From IMG/VR virus record IMGVR_UViG_2541047957_000002: DNA of 34,939 nucleotides; one strand, written 5' to 3'. This stretch comes from a virus (Duplodnaviria; Heunggongvirae; Uroviricota; Caudoviricetes). This document shows positions 8,102-17,585 of this stretch, piece by piece. The translations under genes and the position numbers were made by a program. The notes below the pieces were generated by a model. It ran no database searches and was not told the DNA's origin. It was given only the letters and a program-made list of their open reading frames with translations. The first letter of the stretch is position 1. Each line of letters begins with the position of its first letter.

Positions 8102-9775
8102 ATGGAAAAATATCAAGATGAGGAATATGTAGATGATTTAACTGAGCGTGTTTTTCTCATTAAGCAACAACTGGAAGCGGGAAAACTAAAAATAGCTCAT
8201 CATCTTGTAGAAGGTTTTATTGAAAGTTTTAAAAGAATAAGGCTGCGACAGGATGGTAAAGTTGACCCTTCTACTGTTGATGGCAGAATAAGGGCTATGG
8301 GAGCAGCGGTTAATCACTTTTTAGAAAGAGAAGATATAAAAAACAAATACTCTATTCAGGACTTGCAAAGTTCTTACTTTAATATTCTTTTTAGTAATTT
8401 TGGCGAGTTGTTTTATCTGATGAAAAAAACTAATGCAACGCCACATAAAGCATCAAGTTTTTTTTCTCAACAAGAAGAATATGTTAAGCAAATAGAAGAT
8501 ATTTTTCCTGAGTTATATAATCAGGTAATAGAGTTTTGGCAGGTAACATCCGATATTGGTGTAATACATTTGCAGGATGGTTCTCAGTTTAAAGCTAATT
8601 TTTCTGGTGACTTATTTCCTGCATTTGATGAGAATGCTGTCTCTATTGCAGGGTTGTATGTTGATACTATTTCACTTCCATGTCCTATATTAAGAGTCGG
8701 TCGTCTCTATGAAAAGTCAGATAAGGCTGAGTTTACAAGGATACTTCTGAAGCATGTCCTAACATGTATGACATATAAAGAAGTAGCGCTTGAAGATATA
8801 GAGCCAGCAATAGTATTAATTTTGCCGGATAGAAGAGATTTTGAAACTGAGAGCAAAAAAAATTTGATGAGTTTTTGTGAGCCTTATGCTCTGACTCATG
8901 CGCAATATCTCTATGATCGACGGTTCGAAAGCTACGATGAACTTCGAGATTTTAGTTATTCGATGAATGATATTGATGCTGTTCTTAAAAATATTAAGAG
9001 AGCAGATAGACTTATTTTTGATACAGCATGGGGGCTAAATCCAAAAACTCAATTAGAAAAACTACTATCTGATAAAAAAAGAATATCACGTAATGTTGTT
9101 GGTGATCATGCTGGAATGGAGGTTTTCCTTTCCTGCATTGGAAGAATGCCGCAAGCCTATTCAGCAAAATGTAATGCACAAGAACTTGGTAGTACTCCAT
9201 ATATAAATGCAGACACATCTTGGCTCTATTATACTTGGCTTATTGAGTACGAATCTCTTAATTTTGATGTCAATGATATTGAACTAAAAAATTTGCATAT
9301 GGTTCATGCGTTATCTGCTGGTATGCAAGATGGTTTTTCATGGTTAGGAAATGTACCGGTCAATAAAATAATTGAGTTGAGACGTAACAAATTGATGGAG
9401 GATGTAAGATCCATCTTATCAAATGGTGTTGACTCTTTAATCAATTCTTCGGCAGAGAGCTTTTCGAGGACAACGCAAAAAGTAATTGATAATGTAGACC
9501 GGGCTTTTATTGAACATCAAAGGATTCTTGCAAAAGCCCAAAAAGAGAAATTGAGAATTTACGGACTAGATGTCCTACCATGTATCGCAAATGGTGCTAT
9601 AGCAATTGCTGGAGCGCTGACTGGCAATACTACTTTAACGGCGTTAAGTGCAGGCCTTGGAGTAATAGGTATTCCGAGTATTAGTGATATCAAATCTAAA
9701 TTTAAGCAGAGGCAAGAGAAGCTTGATGCCTATCAACGTTCTGTTACAGGTATACTCTTTAGCCATAAATCTTAA
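8102..9775 (+). CDS. AT-rich orphan protein (557 aa), unknown function; candidate anti-phage/abortive-infection cargo with C-terminal hydrophobic Gly/Ala-rich segment
   Basis: Long uninterrupted ORF in a markedly AT-rich block (first 60 nt are 30% GC by count; flanking phage genes look far more GC-rich by eye) with RBS GGAG and its own downstream hairpin. C-terminal segment LDVLPCIANGAIAIAGALTGNTTLTALSAGLGVIGIPSI (about 9565-9685) looks like a membrane or glycine-zipper element. No Walker A or other motif recognised. Confidence 0.75.
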   Translation: MEKYQDEEYVDDLTERVFLIKQQLEAGKLKIAHHLVEGFIESFKRIRLRQDGKVDPSTVDGRIRAMGAAVNHFLEREDIKNKYSIQDLQSSYFNILFSNFGELFYLMKKTNATPHKASSFFSQQEEYVKQIEDIFPELYNQVIEFWQVTSDIGVIHLQDGSQFKANFSGDLFPAFDENAVSIAGLYVDTISLPCPILRVGRLYEKSDKAEFTRILLKHVLTCMTYKEVALEDIEPAIVLILPDRRDFETESKKNLMSFCEPYALTHAQYLYDRRFESYDELRDFSYSMNDIDAVLKNIKRADRLIFDTAWGLNPKTQLEKLLSDKKRISRNVVGDHAGMEVFLSCIGRMPQAYSAKCNAQELGSTPYINADTSWLYYTWLIEYESLNFDVNDIELKNLHMVHALSAGMQDGFSWLGNVPVNKIIELRRNKLMEDVRSILSNGVDSLINSSAESFSRTTQKVIDNVDRAFIEHQRILAKAQKEKLRIYGLDVLPCIANGAIAIAGALTGNTTLTALSAGLGVIGIPSISDIKSKFKQRQEKLDAYQRSVTGILFSHKS

Positions 9776-9781
9776 TGTAGA

Positions 9782-9809
9782 GGGCCGAGGTATTCGGCCC
9801 TTAGTTTTA
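9782..9809 (+). terminator. Rho-independent terminator of the AT-rich cargo gene
   Basis: Hairpin GGGCCGA-ggtat-TCGGCCC followed by TTAGTTTTA; overlaps the stop codon of Q on the other strand. Confidence 0.55.
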
Positions 9810-10835
9810 TATGAAACTGTATGGCATGAATTTTATTATGTCATCTTTGAGCCATTTATTGAGTTCTTCTATTCTGTTTTGTAGCGGTATCAATTCATTA
9901 CGCATAAAAACCTTACTAGCCTTCTCCACATCCCCAAATCCCCCAACATTATTCGGCATTATCCCCATCATTTGCGGCGGCACTCGGTGTGCTGCCATCA
10001 TGTCATCCCGGCTCACGTTCTTGATATTCAAAAATTCATCCTTTGCCGCGACTTCTGACAGAGGAATAATCTGAAGCCCGTCTTTTTTGCCGTTAGGCGA
10101 GTACATAAACAGGTTGCGGAAGTTGCCTGGACCTTTGGCGCTTTTCATCGCGTTACGGAGATTGTTTACATCTTCCTGGTTCTGCGCGGCGTCGGTCATG
10201 TACATGATGAAGCCTGCATGGCTGCCGTTGATGTAATACTTACGGCGGAACAGCGTGGCGGACTCGTTGAGCAGGGCTGACGGAATGGCAGAAAGATAAC
10301 CGGGCAGGCCGTAGATCTCCTGGTTGATATCTGGTTCCATCAGATGAAAAATGCTGCCTTTCGTGAACTGATACGGTTGCGTGGTCATACCGTATTGCAC
10401 AAACCAGTAGGTATCCAGGTCTAACCCGCGTCGGGTATATTTTGCCAGGGCAGGCTCAAGAGCGATAATTTCACCGAACCGGTTCGTGCGTTTCTCCAGA
10501 TAGGCGTTACCAAATACCAGATAGTCCTGCACAAAACGTGAAAAAGCCTGCTGGCTGAGCAGCGGGTGAGGGATGTAGGTGCTGGTCAGAATGTTGCACT
10601 TTACTGCAATCGGGGAACTATGATGAACGGCAGCGCGGAAGGTGCGCGCCAGTCCGTCAAAGCTGACGGGCGGCTCATACCAGCGGTCCATCTGTACGCA
10701 TTCCACATAATCCAGCAGTTCTCGGCGGTCCAGAACAGGAACGGGATCGCCGAAGCTGAATGCTTCGGCTGTAGTTTGACTTTTAAGCTGGATCTGTTTC
10801 GTCGCCGCAGCGCGGTTCTTCTTACTCTTTCCCAT
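9807..10835 (-). CDS. Q: Portal protein (P2 gpQ)
   Basis: 342-aa ORF in the conserved position and orientation next to terminase P (track begins at TTG 10838; ATG at 10835). Confidence 0.88.
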   Translation of the reverse strand: MGKSKKNRAAATKQIQLKSQTTAEAFSFGDPVPVLDRRELLDYVECVQMDRWYEPPVSFDGLARTFRAAVHHSSPIAVKCNILTSTYIPHPLLSQQAFSRFVQDYLVFGNAYLEKRTNRFGEIIALEPALAKYTRRGLDLDTYWFVQYGMTTQPYQFTKGSIFHLMEPDINQEIYGLPGYLSAIPSALLNESATLFRRKYYINGSHAGFIMYMTDAAQNQEDVNNLRNAMKSAKGPGNFRNLFMYSPNGKKDGLQIIPLSEVAAKDEFLNIKNVSRDDMMAAHRVPPQMMGIMPNNVGGFGDVEKASKVFMRNELIPLQNRIEELNKWLKDDIIKFMPYSFI

Positions 10836-12601
10836 CAAAAAAACTCCACAATATTGCTGGTATTGGCGGATTCGCCCTGCAGCGGTTCGTTAAACAGTGC
10901 GTGCATCGTTGCCCAGGCCAGATCGGCGTGGCTGGCTTCTTCGCTGCGGCTGGCTTCATAGGTCGGGCGGTTGCCACTGGCGGTGGTGGCGCGACGGATT
11001 GCCATAAAGGACTGCGCTATGTCGGTGTGTCCGGCGTCAAACTCCAGACGGCGGTGGCTGATAATGTCGTAGGCCTTGAGTACCAGGGCGTTTTTAACGT
11101 TGGGGTTGTAGACAAACTCCCGGACGGCAGGAAAAAACGCTTTCACGTTCTCGTAAACCCCGTGACCAACGCCGGTTGAGTCGATACCGATATAGGTCAC
11201 GTTGTACTGTTCGGTCAGTTTTTTGATGGCGTCAGCCTGGGCGCGGAAGTCCATTCCGCGCCACTGGTGACGCTCAAGAATGCGGAACTTACCGCCCGGC
11301 ACGGCTGGCGGCGCCACCACCACGCATCCGGCGCTGTCGCCGTTCTGCGTACCTTTCGCCGGGTCATATCCGATCCACACTTCGCGCCAGCCAAACGGGC
11401 GCAGGGCCAGTGCATGAAAGTCGGTCCAGACTTCCCAACTGTCCACCATGCACGCCTGCAGCTCGCTGAGTGGGAACACAGACGCGAGATCGTCCACGAA
11501 CTCACACATCAGCAGGTTCTGGTATTCGTCCGGGCTGTACTCCATGCGCAACTGGTCGAGGTCGAACAGGTTACAGCCGCCGCGCACCGCATCTTCCACA
11601 GTGACTATCTGGCGGTACTGCCCGTCTGCGCACAGCAGGCCGGGGGCCAGATTGCTGTGGGACAGGTCGATGTCCACCTTATCGGCTTTGTTGCGCCCTC
11701 GGTTGAACAGCGCACCGGACCAGAACGGATAAGCACTGTGTGTCAGGCTGGATGGCGTGGAAAAATAGGTTTGTCGCCATTTTTTGTGAATAGCCATACC
11801 GGAAGCCACTTTGCGCAGCTCCTGGAATTTCGGTATCCAGAAATATTCATCCAGATACAGGTTGCCGTGGTAACTCTGGGCCGTGCGGGCATTGGTGCCG
11901 AGGAAGTACAGCGTGGCCCCGTTAGGAAGCACCATCGGATCGCCTTTCAGCTCCACCTCCACTTCTTTGGCGAAGTCGATGATGTACTGCTTAAAGACGT
12001 GGGCCTGAGCCTTGCTGGCGGAAAGGAAAATCTGGTTACGCCCGGTTAGCAGGGCGTCAATCAGGGCTTCACGGGCAAAATAGAAGGTCGCGCCGATCTG
12101 GCGTGACTTCAGCAGGTTGCGGATGCGGTTGGTTTTTCCGGCTTCCCACCAGTGGCGCTGGTAGTTGAACATGGAGGAATGGAAGATTTCTTCCAGCTTC
12201 TCAATCTGTTCATCGGTGAAAACGTTCTTTTCCGGCTGACGGCGCGGGCCTTTGTTGCGGTTGGCGACGTTAGGGTTTAAGTCGGCTTCGTTGCCGCCAT
12301 TGTTAAACTTGCCGATCCGCGCATGGCGCTCCGACTGGCGCGCCAGCAGGTCAATCTCTTTGAAATCTTTCCCTTCTTTGTGCTCCTTCATAATGAGCTG
12401 GCAGTAGCGTGCGGCGGTGGTGAGCTGCATCTGATCCAGCGGCCCATAGTCACCCCACTTGTCGCGTTTTTTCCAGCTGTGAACGGTTGCAACTTTCTCG
12501 CCCAGCATTTCAGCAATGCGGGCTACGCGGTATCCCTGAAAGTACAGCAGCATGGCCTGCCGACGGGGATCGAGATCTGCGGGTGTCAGTGTGGTGTTCA
12601 T
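10835..12601 (-). CDS. P: Terminase large (ATPase) subunit (P2 gpP)
   Basis: 588 aa, divergent from capsid gene O, co-oriented with Q; P2-family terminase arrangement. Confidence 0.9.
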   Translation of the reverse strand: MNTTLTPADLDPRRQAMLLYFQGYRVARIAEMLGEKVATVHSWKKRDKWGDYGPLDQMQLTTAARYCQLIMKEHKEGKDFKEIDLLARQSERHARIGKFNNGGNEADLNPNVANRNKGPRRQPEKNVFTDEQIEKLEEIFHSSMFNYQRHWWEAGKTNRIRNLLKSRQIGATFYFAREALIDALLTGRNQIFLSASKAQAHVFKQYIIDFAKEVEVELKGDPMVLPNGATLYFLGTNARTAQSYHGNLYLDEYFWIPKFQELRKVASGMAIHKKWRQTYFSTPSSLTHSAYPFWSGALFNRGRNKADKVDIDLSHSNLAPGLLCADGQYRQIVTVEDAVRGGCNLFDLDQLRMEYSPDEYQNLLMCEFVDDLASVFPLSELQACMVDSWEVWTDFHALALRPFGWREVWIGYDPAKGTQNGDSAGCVVVAPPAVPGGKFRILERHQWRGMDFRAQADAIKKLTEQYNVTYIGIDSTGVGHGVYENVKAFFPAVREFVYNPNVKNALVLKAYDIISHRRLEFDAGHTDIAQSFMAIRRATTASGNRPTYEASRSEEASHADLAWATMHALFNEPLQGESANTSNIVEFF

Positions 12602-12647
12602 GGCACAAACCTACAGCCTTGAATGAAGGCTTTCCCCGCCTGCGGTT

Positions 12648-12665
12648 TGTGTGGTTGTCGGTACA
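12648..12665. promoter_or_regulatory. Ogr-type late promoter activator box TGT-N12-ACA (between divergent P and O)
   Basis: TGTgtggttgtcggtACA, about 80-95 bp upstream of the O start codon. Confidence 0.55.
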
Positions 12666-12743
12666 AATACCGCGCATTGTTTCACTGCCCCCATCACCGC
12701 AACCATAAGGCTCCAGTAAGTTTTTTCTAACGGAGCACGGCTC

Positions 12744-13577
12744 ATGACAGTGAAAGCAAAGCGTTTTCGCATCGGGGTGGAAGGTGCCACCACCGACGGA
12801 CGCGAAATCCAGCGTGAATGGCTGGAACAGATGGCAGCCAGCTACAACCCGGCGGTGTATACCGCGCTGATTAACCTTGAGCACATCAAGTCTTATCTGC
12901 CGGACAGCACCTTTAACCGCTACGGCAAGGTGACGGCGCTGTTTGCTGAAGAAATCACGGAAGGTCCGCTGGCAGGCAAGATGGCGCTGTATGCCGACGT
13001 TGAGCCAACGGAGTCCCTGGTGGAACTGGTGAAAAAAGGCCAGAAATTATTCACCTCTATGGAAGTCAGCCCGAAGTTCGCTGATACGGGCAAAGCCTAT
13101 CTGGTCGGCCTGGCTGCCACTGATGACCCTGCCAGTCTGGGTACGGAAATGCTGACATTCAGCGCCAGTGCAGCCCATAACCCGCTGGCAAACCGCAAGC
13201 AGAATCCTGCCAATCTCTTTACCGCTGCAGAGGAAACGGTGATCGAAATGGAAGAAATCCAGGACGACAAACCGTCCCTGTTTGCCCGCGTCACGGCGCT
13301 GTTTACCAAAAAAGAGCAGTCCGATGACGCCCGGTTCTCTGATGTGCATAAGGCCGTGGAGTTGGTCGCCACTGAGCAGCAGAACCTGAGCGCACGCACC
13401 GAAAAATCCCTGTCTGAGCAGGAAGAACGCCTGTCTGAGCTGGAGACTGCCCTGCAGGCACAGCAAACCGCCTTTAACGAACTGGTGGACAAGCTGAGTC
13501 ATGAAGACAGTCGCCAGGACTACCGCCAGCGTGCAACAGGCGGTAACGCCCCCGCTGACACTCTGACCAATTGCTGA
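12744..13577 (+). CDS. O: Capsid scaffolding protein (P2 gpO)
   Basis: 277 aa, first gene of the O-N-M-L capsid operon; acidic, coiled-coil-rich C-terminus. Confidence 0.85.
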   Translation: MTVKAKRFRIGVEGATTDGREIQREWLEQMAASYNPAVYTALINLEHIKSYLPDSTFNRYGKVTALFAEEITEGPLAGKMALYADVEPTESLVELVKKGQKLFTSMEVSPKFADTGKAYLVGLAATDDPASLGTEMLTFSASAAHNPLANRKQNPANLFTAAEETVIEMEEIQDDKPSLFARVTALFTKKEQSDDARFSDVHKAVELVATEQQNLSARTEKSLSEQEERLSELETALQAQQTAFNELVDKLSHEDSRQDYRQRATGGNAPADTLTNC

Positions 13578-13593
13578 TGGAGCACAAAACCCG

Positions 13594-14652
13594 ATGAAGA
13601 AGAATACCCGCTTTGCTTTTAACACTTACCTGCAGCAGCTGGCGCGTCTGAACGGTGTGGCAGTTGAAGAACTGTCCAGCAAGTTCACCGTGGAGCCGTC
13701 TGTGCAGCAGACGCTGGAAGACCAGATCCAGCAGTCCGCCGCATTCCTGACGCTGATTAACGTCACGCCAGTGACTGAGCAGTCCGGTCAGCTGCTGGGG
13801 CTGGGAGTTGGCAGCACCATTGCCGGAACCACTGACACCACCGCGAAAGAGCGTGAACCTGTCGATCCGACGCTGATGGTCGATGTGGAATATAAATGCG
13901 AGCAGACCAACTTTGACACGGTGCTGACCTACGCGAAGCTGGACCTGTGGGCGAAGTTTCAGGATTTCCAGGTGCGCATCCGTGACGCCATCGTGAAACG
14001 TCAGGCTCTGGACCGCATCATGATCGGCTTTAACGGCGTGAAGCGTGCGAAAACCTCCAACCGTAGCGAAAACCCGCTGCTACAGGATGTGAACAAAGGC
14101 TGGCTGCAGAAAATCCGTGAAGATGCACCGGATCACGTCATGGGCAGCACCACCACGGGCGGTGAAACCACACCGGGTGCGGTGAAAGTCGGGAAAGGTG
14201 GCGAATATGCCAACCTGGACGCCGTGGTGATGGATGCCGTCAATGAGCTTATCGATGTGGTCTACCAGGACGATGACGATCTGGTGGTGATTTGCGGTCG
14301 TGAACTGCTGTCTGACAAGTATTTCCCGCTGGTCAACAAAGAGCAGGAAAACAGTGAAAAACTGGCTGCCGATATGATCATCAGTCAGAAACGCATGGGT
14401 GGCCTGCAGGCCGTGCGTGCGCCGTTCTTCCCGCCGAATGCACTGCTGATCACCCGTCTGGATAACCTGTCCATCTACTGGCAGGAAGACACCCGCCGCC
14501 GCTCAGTTATCGACAACCCGAAACGTGACCGGATTGAAAACTTTGAATCCGTTAACGAAGCCTATGTGGTTGAGGACTACCGCTGCGCCGCACTGGTGGA
14601 AAACATCCAGATTGGCGACTTCAGCGCCGCAGCAGCAGAAACCGGAGCGTAA
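13594..14652 (+). CDS. N: Major capsid protein (P2 gpN)
   Basis: 352 aa, position after O; P2-family gene order. Confidence 0.9.
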   Translation: MKKNTRFAFNTYLQQLARLNGVAVEELSSKFTVEPSVQQTLEDQIQQSAAFLTLINVTPVTEQSGQLLGLGVGSTIAGTTDTTAKEREPVDPTLMVDVEYKCEQTNFDTVLTYAKLDLWAKFQDFQVRIRDAIVKRQALDRIMIGFNGVKRAKTSNRSENPLLQDVNKGWLQKIREDAPDHVMGSTTTGGETTPGAVKVGKGGEYANLDAVVMDAVNELIDVVYQDDDDLVVICGRELLSDKYFPLVNKEQENSEKLAADMIISQKRMGGLQAVRAPFFPPNALLITRLDNLSIYWQEDTRRRSVIDNPKRDRIENFESVNEAYVVEDYRCAALVENIQIGDFSAAAAETGA

Positions 14653-14655
14653 TTC

Positions 14656-15306
14656 ATGAGCCTGAGTCCCGCACGGCAGCATCGCCTGCGCGTTCAGGCT
14701 GAACAGGCCGCCCGCGAGGGCGGCAGCGTTCGCCACGCGTCGGGCTATGACCTGATGCTGCTGCAACTGGCGGAAGACCGCCGCCGTCTCAAGGGCGTTC
14801 AGTCCACGGTCAAAAAAGCGGAAATCAAGGTGGAGCTGCTGCCGAAGTACGCCGCCTGGGCGGAGGGTGTCCTGGCTGCCGGAGGCGCTCAACAGGATGA
14901 CGTGCTGATGTACGTGATGCTGTGGCGCATTGATGCCGGAGATTATGCCGGGGCGCTGGAGATCGGGCGTCACGCCCTGCGTCATGGCTGGGTGATGCCG
15001 TTAGGTAACCGCAACGTGCAGACCGTGCTGGCAGAGGAAATGGCAGATGCAGCCCAGAGCGCAATGCTTGCCGCCACCGGCTTTGATGCCGATCTGTTGC
15101 TGCAGACCCTGGAGCTGACAGACGGTATGGATATGCCGGACCAGTCACGGGCGCGTCTGCATAAAGCGATTGGCGCTGTCCTGAGTGAAAGCAATCCGGC
15201 GTCTGCCCTTAATCATCTCAACCATGCGTTACAGCTCGATCCCCGCTGTGGCGTGAAAAAAGACAAACAGCAGCTGGAGCGCAGACTGCGCAATGACAGC
15301 CGCTGA
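14656..15306 (+). CDS. M: Terminase small/endonuclease subunit (P2 gpM)
   Basis: 216 aa, position after N. Confidence 0.85.
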   Translation: MSLSPARQHRLRVQAEQAAREGGSVRHASGYDLMLLQLAEDRRRLKGVQSTVKKAEIKVELLPKYAAWAEGVLAAGGAQQDDVLMYVMLWRIDAGDYAGALEIGRHALRHGWVMPLGNRNVQTVLAEEMADAAQSAMLAATGFDADLLLQTLELTDGMDMPDQSRARLHKAIGAVLSESNPASALNHLNHALQLDPRCGVKKDKQQLERRLRNDSR

Positions 15307-15401
15307 CAGAACGTGCCCCCGCGCACGGGCGGCACGGGGTGGCGAAAGGCACTGCCACATCAAAACCCCGTCCACCGCCCTCTATTTCAGGAGAAAGCAG
15401 C

Positions 15402-15866
15402 ATGAAGTTTGTTGCGCCAGAACAGGCACCGGAACAGGCGGAAATCATCAGGAATACGCCGTTCTGGCCTGATGTGGACCTGTCGGAGTTTCGCAGTGTG
15501 ATGCGCACTGACGGCACGGTGACGCAGCCGCGTTTAAAACAGGTTGCCCTGTCGGCAATTTCGGAGGTCAACGCAGAGCTGTATGAGTTTCGCAGACGCC
15601 AGCAGATGCTGGGGTATGCCTCGCTGGCAGAAGTCCCGGCGGAACAACTGGACGGCAAAAGCGAGCGCATTCAGCACTATTTCAACGCGGTTTACTGCTG
15701 GGCACGCGCCATGCTCAACGAACGTTACCAGGACTATGACGCCACGGCATCCGGTGCGAAGCGAGGCGAGGAACTGGCGGAAGCAAGCGGTGATTTATGG
15801 CGTGACGCCCGCTGGGCCATCAGCCGGGTGCAGGATGCGCCGCACTGCACAGTGGAGCTTATCTGA
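15402..15866 (+). CDS. L: Head completion/stabilisation protein (P2 gpL)
   Basis: ORF with AGGAGAA RBS before ATG 15402; position after M. Confidence 0.8.
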   Translation: MKFVAPEQAPEQAEIIRNTPFWPDVDLSEFRSVMRTDGTVTQPRLKQVALSAISEVNAELYEFRRRQQMLGYASLAEVPAEQLDGKSERIQHYFNAVYCWARAMLNERYQDYDATASGAKRGEELAEASGDLWRDARWAISRVQDAPHCTVELI

Positions 15867-16069
15867 TGAAAGTGCGTGCGCATCAGTATGACACGGTGGA
15901 CGCACTTTGCTGGCGTCATTACGGGCGCACGCAGGGTGTCACGGAGCAGGTACTGAAGGCAAATCCGGGGCTTGCCGAATACGGCCCCTTTTTACCTCAC
16001 GGGCTGCAGGTGGAGCTGCCGGACATTCCGACAACCACCACCGTGCAGACCGTCCAGCTATGGGACTGA
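15866..16069 (+). CDS. X: Tail protein X (P2 gpX)
   Basis: 67 aa; motif YGRTQGVTEQVLKANPGLAEYGPFLPHGLQVELPD resembles P2 gpX. Confidence 0.8.
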   Translation: MKVRAHQYDTVDALCWRHYGRTQGVTEQVLKANPGLAEYGPFLPHGLQVELPDIPTTTTVQTVQLWD

Positions 16070-16072
16070 ATT

Positions 16073-16288
16073 ATGACGCTTGAGCGAATCAGCGCCTTTA
16101 TCACGTATTGCATCGCCGTCGTGCTGGCCTGGCTGGGCGATTTGTCCATCAAGGATGCCTCAACGCTGGGCGGCCTGATGATCGGTGTGCTGATGCTGGC
16201 TATCAACTGGTACTACAAACACAAAGCCTACCAGCTTCTGCGCGACGGGCAGATCTCGCGGGAGGACTATGAATCCATCAATCGTTAA
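16073..16288 (+). CDS. Holin (71 aa, two predicted TM segments; pinholin-like)
   Basis: Small protein with two hydrophobic stretches and a charged C-terminus, immediately upstream of the endolysin. Confidence 0.6.
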   Translation: MTLERISAFITYCIAVVLAWLGDLSIKDASTLGGLMIGVLMLAINWYYKHKAYQLLRDGQISREDYESINR

Positions 16289-16781
16289 ACGCTGCCTTGT
16301 CGGGGCCGTGCTGGCTATTGCTGCCACGCTGCCGGGTTTTCAGCAGCTTCACACCTCCGTGGAAGGGCTGAAACTGATTGCCGATTACGAAGGTTGTCGT
16401 CTGCAGCCGTATCAGTGCAGCGCGGGTGTCTGGACCGACGGCATTGGTAATACGTCGGGCGTCATTCCCGGCAAAACCATTACGGAGCGACAGGCAGCAG
16501 AAGGGCTGATCTCCAACGTGCTGCGTGTGGAGCGGGCGCTGGAAAGGTGTGTGAAGCAACAGCCGCCGCAGAAGGTGTATGACGCTGCGGTGTCGTTTGC
16601 CTTCAACGTGGGTACGGGCAATGCCTGCAGTTCCACGCTGGTGAAATTGCTCAATCAGCGGCGCTGGGCGGATGCGTGCCGACAGTTGCCGCGCTGGGTG
16701 TATGTAAAAGGTGTGTTTAATCAGGGGCTGGATAACCGCCGTGCGCGGGAGATGGCCTGGTGCTTACAGGGAGCAAACTGA
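16269..16781 (+). CDS. SAR endolysin (T4-lysozyme fold, P1 Lyz / phage 21 R family)
   Basis: N-terminal signal-anchor-release-like segment RCLVGAVLAIAATLPG; catalytic region GLKLIADYEGCRLQPYQCSAGVWTDGIGNT closely matches P1 Lyz (GLELIGNAEGCRRDPYMCPAGVWTDGIGNT). The start codon is uncertain (RBS is very close). Confidence 0.82.
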   Translation: MNPSIVKRCLVGAVLAIAATLPGFQQLHTSVEGLKLIADYEGCRLQPYQCSAGVWTDGIGNTSGVIPGKTITERQAAEGLISNVLRVERALERCVKQQPPQKVYDAAVSFAFNVGTGNACSSTLVKLLNQRRWADACRQLPRWVYVKGVFNQGLDNRRAREMAWCLQGAN

Positions 16782-16782
16782 A

Positions 16783-17160
16783 ATGAAAAAGAAAGTAATC
16801 AGCGGGCTGTTTCTGATGTTATGGATAGCGCTGTTAATCGCCGCAATGGTGTATCCGCAGGGGATTTTTCCGGTACTGGCAGCATCTGGTGTCTGGGTAG
16901 CCTGTCTGCTGACATGGGCAGTAATTCCGGTATCACTGGCTGCGTTAATTAAGAACGGCCCGCTCTGGCAGGAGTTGAGGGCATCTTTGCTGAAGACAAT
17001 TACCCGAAAAGAAAACGTATTTATCAGCTGGATGATGCGATTGCTGATTGTCGTCAGTCTCGCCTGGACGGGGTGGGCTCTTACCCTGGTCTTTTATCTA
17101 CTGACCGTTATTGCCTTCTGGATCACCCGTAATCAGATGGCGCAACAGGTAGCAGCATGA
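16783..17160 (+). CDS. lysA: Membrane protein, LysA-like lysis accessory protein
   Basis: 125 aa with multiple hydrophobic helices; located between the endolysin and the spanin genes. Confidence 0.5.
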   Translation: MKKKVISGLFLMLWIALLIAAMVYPQGIFPVLAASGVWVACLLTWAVIPVSLAALIKNGPLWQELRASLLKTITRKENVFISWMMRLLIVVSLAWTGWALTLVFYLLTVIAFWITRNQMAQQVAA

Positions 17161-17585
17161 ACCGGTTGCTGCTGGTTGTGCTGGCGTTATTACTGGCGGC
17201 GCTGGGCTGGCAGACGTGGCGGCTGGCTGATGCCAGCCAGACCATCAGCACGCAGGCAGATGAGCTGCAGAGCAAAAGCCAGGCACTGGCAAAGAGCAAC
17301 AGCCAGCTTATCAGCCTGTCCATTCTGACAGAAACCAACAACCGGGAGCAGGCGCGACTCTATGCCGACGCAGAACAGACCAGCGCACTACTGAGACAAC
17401 GACAACACCGGATTGAGGAACTGAAACGTGAGAACGAGGATTTACGCCGCTGGGCTGATACTCCTTTGCCTGCTGACATTATCCGGCTGCGGGAACGCCC
17501 CACACTCACCGGAGGTGCAGCTTACCGTCAGTGGTTGTCCGCGAGTGACGCCGTGTCGGCTGGGGCAGGCAGCGCCGCGCACTAA
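17157..17585 (+). CDS. lysB: i-spanin (LysB / Rz-like)
   Basis: N-terminal TM segment LLLVVLALLLAALGW followed by a coiled-coil-like region; contains an embedded out-of-frame lipoprotein gene. Confidence 0.65.
   Translation: MNRLLLVVLALLLAALGWQTWRLADASQTISTQADELQSKSQALAKSNSQLISLSILTETNNREQARLYADAEQTSALLRQRQHRIEELKRENEDLRRWADTPLPADIIRLRERPTLTGGAAYRQWLSASDAVSAGAGSAAH

Noticed and set aside
8102-9775. Possible PD-(D/E)xK nuclease motif (LPDRRDFETESKK) in the 557-aa cargo protein
   Set aside because: The spacing between the PD and ExK elements is too short and there is no supporting secondary-structure context; it cannot be supported from sequence inspection alone.
11267-12049. 260-aa plus-strand ORF opposite terminase gene P
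   Set aside because: Nested antisense to the conserved terminase large subunit; composition-driven open frame.
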